DNA from: an uncultured archaeon
Lineage (GTDB): Archaea; Asgardarchaeota; Jordiarchaeia; Jordiarchaeales; Jordiarchaeaceae
DNA: 32,000 bases
NCBI GenBank assembly: GCA_964510585.1
Contig: CAZECW010000187.1
Coordinates: 1-32,000, forward strand
Direction: 5' to 3'
The notes below the pieces were generated by a model. It saw only the letters and a list, made by a program, of their open reading frames with translations. It was not told the DNA's origin and searched no databases. The position numbers were made by a program, and so were the translations under genes. Positions 29,617 through 32,000 of the stretch are shown here, piece by piece. Each line of letters opens with the position of its first letter. Position 1 is the stretch's first letter.

Positions 29617-30060
29617 ATGGAGAATTCCAAAGAGCCTAAGAGTAAATTCATCACGTTGTTTCAAAGAAAATGGCGGGAACAATCGCATAAAGACAAATTA
29701 TACTGGTTGAAGTCCCTGTTCGCAATAGTAGGTGCGGTTGTAAGCACAATAATACGCCCAGTACTTTTCTCTCCATTATTAGACTCACCATTTTCAAGCG
29801 TCCAGCACCCGGCTCTAATAGCTGCGATCATCGGAGTTCTTATATTGATTGGGCTACCAATATTATTAAGCTACTTTTACTTAAAAATTATACCCGACCA
29901 GGTTGGAGGCTGGACACCCTACTTCACAACTGGACTTTTAACAGCTTTATTCCTATGGTTAACAATTTGGACAGTGCTATATAACATCATTCTATCCACA
30001 GTGCCCGCGATATCCATAATTCAAATATTAAAGTATGTTGGGCTTTTACCTCCATACTAG
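29617..30060 (+). CDS. EMC6/Rab5-interacting-like three-TM membrane protein
   Basis: DKLYWLKSLFAIVGAV... and C-terminal FTTGLLTALFLWLTIWTVLYNI resemble the EMC6 family. Start refined to ATG 29617 (GGAGGA upstream). Confidence 0.6.
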   Translation: MENSKEPKSKFITLFQRKWREQSHKDKLYWLKSLFAIVGAVVSTIIRPVLFSPLLDSPFSSVQHPALIAAIIGVLILIGLPILLSYFYLKIIPDQVGGWTPYFTTGLLTALFLWLTIWTVLYNIILSTVPAISIIQILKYVGLLPPY

Positions 30061-30069
30061 GCGCCAGTC

Positions 30070-30261
30070 TCAGAAGCTACCCAAATAATATATTACAGGC
30101 TCAGAGACCCCCGGCCACCTAAAAACCTTCGGAACCCCTTTTTTGGATGCTTTTTGCATCCATCCAAATTTTAAACAAATTTCTGCTCCCTTACACATGA
30201 AGATTTGGCTTCTTTCTGTTTTGATTACCAAAAAGAATTTTAATAAATCTGCTTTCCACAT
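30070..30261 (-). CDS. Possible small hypothetical protein
   Basis: 63-aa ATG ORF ending 9 nt from the convergent gene; no motif or SD recognised. Confidence 0.25.
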   Translation of the reverse strand: MWKADLLKFFLVIKTERSQIFMCKGAEICLKFGWMQKASKKGVPKVFRWPGVSEPVIYYLGSF

Positions 30262-30375
30262 TGTGAAACCCTAAAATAGGAGGGGTAGAATTGGGGAAAT
30301 CTGCATCAATTTTCTACATTTAAAAATTCTGTCCGAGCTTGAGAAACAAAATCTCCTACTCACCTAGAGTCTGAA

Positions 30376-30441
30376 GTTATAATGTTTTGGTTATAATATT
30401 TTGGTAATACAAGTATCTTCTCAACATATTTTAGATATGTT
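30376..30441. promoter_or_regulatory. Operator-like repeats upstream of lrp
   Basis: GTTATAAT(G/A)TTTTG twice (30376-89, 30390-403) and palindrome AACATAT-N5-ATATGTT (30423-41). Confidence 0.33.
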
Positions 30442-30648
30442 CTATATTGTGTTCTTGTTGATACAAAAAATTACTATCCTTACCATCAAAAATTATTGAA
30501 AGTTTAAAAAACAAGAGAATAAATTGCGAAAATCACAGAAAACCTTTTATTTCTTAAAACATTATTAGTTATCCAAGATAAAAAAAATCACTAAAATAGA
30601 AACAACTTGTTGGGTAATGAATGGGTAATAGGAAAGGGAAGAAAAGCG

Positions 30649-31134
30649 ATGCTTGCTGAAATAGACGATCTGGATCGGAAAATACTAGCCATACTTCAAG
30701 AAAACTCCCGAGTACCATTTACTCAAATAGCAAAAGAACTAGATGTACCCGATACAACAATACACTTCAGAGTCAAAAAACTCTTGGAGAACCAAGTCAT
30801 TCGCCAGTTTACCATAGTGGTTTCAGCCGAAAAATTGGGATATGGTGCTTGCGCCTTGGTTCGAATAAACATTGGAGGCCACATAATTCCTGATATAAGT
30901 GTGCAGAGAACAAAAGAAATCTCGGAAAAACTCAAAAAAATGAACCAAGTAAGATTCCTGGCAACTGGCGACCATGGAACTTCTCTTTACGCGGTTATAC
31001 TCGGACGTTCAAAGCAAGAATTGGAAAAGCTGCTATCTGAATTGCAATCCAATCCAGATGTCCAAGATTTAAATGTGTGGGATCTACAAAAGCTATTGAA
31101 GGGAGAGGAAATCATAAGTCCAATACCGCCATGA
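30649..31134 (+). CDS. Lrp/AsnC family transcriptional regulator
   Basis: IDDLDRKILAILQENSRVPFTQIAKEL...TIHFRVKKL HTH plus RAM domain. Start refined to ATG 30649. Confidence 0.9.
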   Translation: MLAEIDDLDRKILAILQENSRVPFTQIAKELDVPDTTIHFRVKKLLENQVIRQFTIVVSAEKLGYGACALVRINIGGHIIPDISVQRTKEISEKLKKMNQVRFLATGDHGTSLYAVILGRSKQELEKLLSELQSNPDVQDLNVWDLQKLLKGEEIISPIPP

Positions 31135-31141
31135 AGGGTGA

Positions 31142-31876
31142 ATGGAAAAAATGATGGAAAGAATAAAATCTGGAATACCTGGACTGGATGGAATTCTGCA
31201 TGGAGGATTCGTAAAAGGAACAAACATCCTAGTTTCCGGGGGGGCAGGAACAGGAAAAACAATATGTTGTATGCAGTTCTTATATGCGGGAGCAGCCAAA
31301 TATGACCAGCCGGGAATATTCGTAACCCTGGAGGAAAAACCCCGCGAAATAAGGAGAGAGGCCAGCCAATTTGGATGGGATTTCGAAAAACTTGAACAAG
31401 AAAACAAACTAATAATAATAGACGCAGCATCAAGCAAAGCCGGACTACCCACAACGGAACCCTACACATTGAGACGGGGCTTTGACATCAGCACCCTCGC
31501 CCAAGAAATCTATAAAGCAACAAAACAAATAAACGCCCAAAGGATAGCTATAGATTCACTCAGCGGGCTAGGAATAAGATTCGAATCCCAAACTGCAATC
31601 AGAAACGCCATCTTCAAACTCGCATCACTACTAGGAGAACTACAAACCACCAGTCTCATGACTAGTGAAATAACTGGAAAATCCGGATATTCAAGATATG
31701 GGGTGGAGGAGTTCATAGCTCAAGGTATTATTGTTTTATACTTAAATGAGGAGAATGGTGAGCTACGCCGAAGCCTAGTAGTTCGTAAGTTACGTTTTTC
31801 AAGTCACAGCTTGAAAGTATATCCCATAGAAATTGGCAGTCGGGGCATTGTGATTATGCCGGGCGGCGAACTCTGA
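31142..31876 (+). CDS. KaiC-like RecA-superfamily ATPase (single domain)
   Basis: SGIPGLDGILHGG, GGAGTGKT (Walker A), FVTLEE, IAIDSLS (Walker B), VEEFIAQGII, RSLVVRKLR. Confidence 0.9.
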   Translation: MEKMMERIKSGIPGLDGILHGGFVKGTNILVSGGAGTGKTICCMQFLYAGAAKYDQPGIFVTLEEKPREIRREASQFGWDFEKLEQENKLIIIDAASSKAGLPTTEPYTLRRGFDISTLAQEIYKATKQINAQRIAIDSLSGLGIRFESQTAIRNAIFKLASLLGELQTTSLMTSEITGKSGYSRYGVEEFIAQGIIVLYLNEENGELRRSLVVRKLRFSSHSLKVYPIEIGSRGIVIMPGGEL

Positions 31877-32000
31877 TAACAAGTTTTACAGGTGTGTACT
31901 TGTTTACAGAGTTGGCTCGGGGTTTGTTCAGGTAACATAGATAAATTGTGTGTTAGCTAACCTTCCTTTGGTTTGTAGTTCTTCCCCCAATTCACTTAAT

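Noticed and set aside
30278-30323. AGGAGG followed by a 10-codon TTG ORF (MGKSASIFYI)
   Set aside because: Too short to support; no downstream gene close enough for a leader-peptide role.

Overview
Archaeal chromosomal window, AT-rich and densely coding, with Shine-Dalgarno-led genes and many TTG starts. An Asgard origin is inferred, not proven, from a stand-alone longin-like protein, an EMC6-like protein and S30e; a TACK lineage such as Bathyarchaeia is not excluded. The left part holds a corrinoid protein plus non-pyrrolysine MttB-family methyltransferase operon converging on a core (C-terminal-only) methionine synthase. It also holds rps30e, an NADH oxidase/CoA-disulfide reductase, ychF, a radical SAM protein, glmU and a membrane protein. 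The centre/right is the conserved archaeal information-processing superoperon (aIF2gamma-PIN-rpoE1-spt4-DUF359-rps24e-rps27ae-kae1-bud32-rdgB-rps15-RecJ/GAN-pcc1, with rps3ae inverted), then pyrC, a CBS protein, rqcH/NEMF, an EMC6-like gene, Lrp and a KaiC-like ATPase. Main discovery: kae1 looks frameshifted but is interrupted by a 29-nt insertion (20456-20484, minus strand) that folds into a canonical bulge-helix-bulge (BHB) motif. Excision at the canonical tRNA-splicing-endonuclease sites restores the frame and the conserved GPGLGPCL motif, giving a 336-aa Kae1. This is a candidate archaeal mRNA intron in a gene other than cbf5. Secondary signals: a ~215-nt structured intergenic element, two zinc-finger micro-proteins missed by the ORF track, operator-like repeat arrays and a possible CTG start for aIF2gamma. 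All calls were made by eye; no database searches or folding programs were run.
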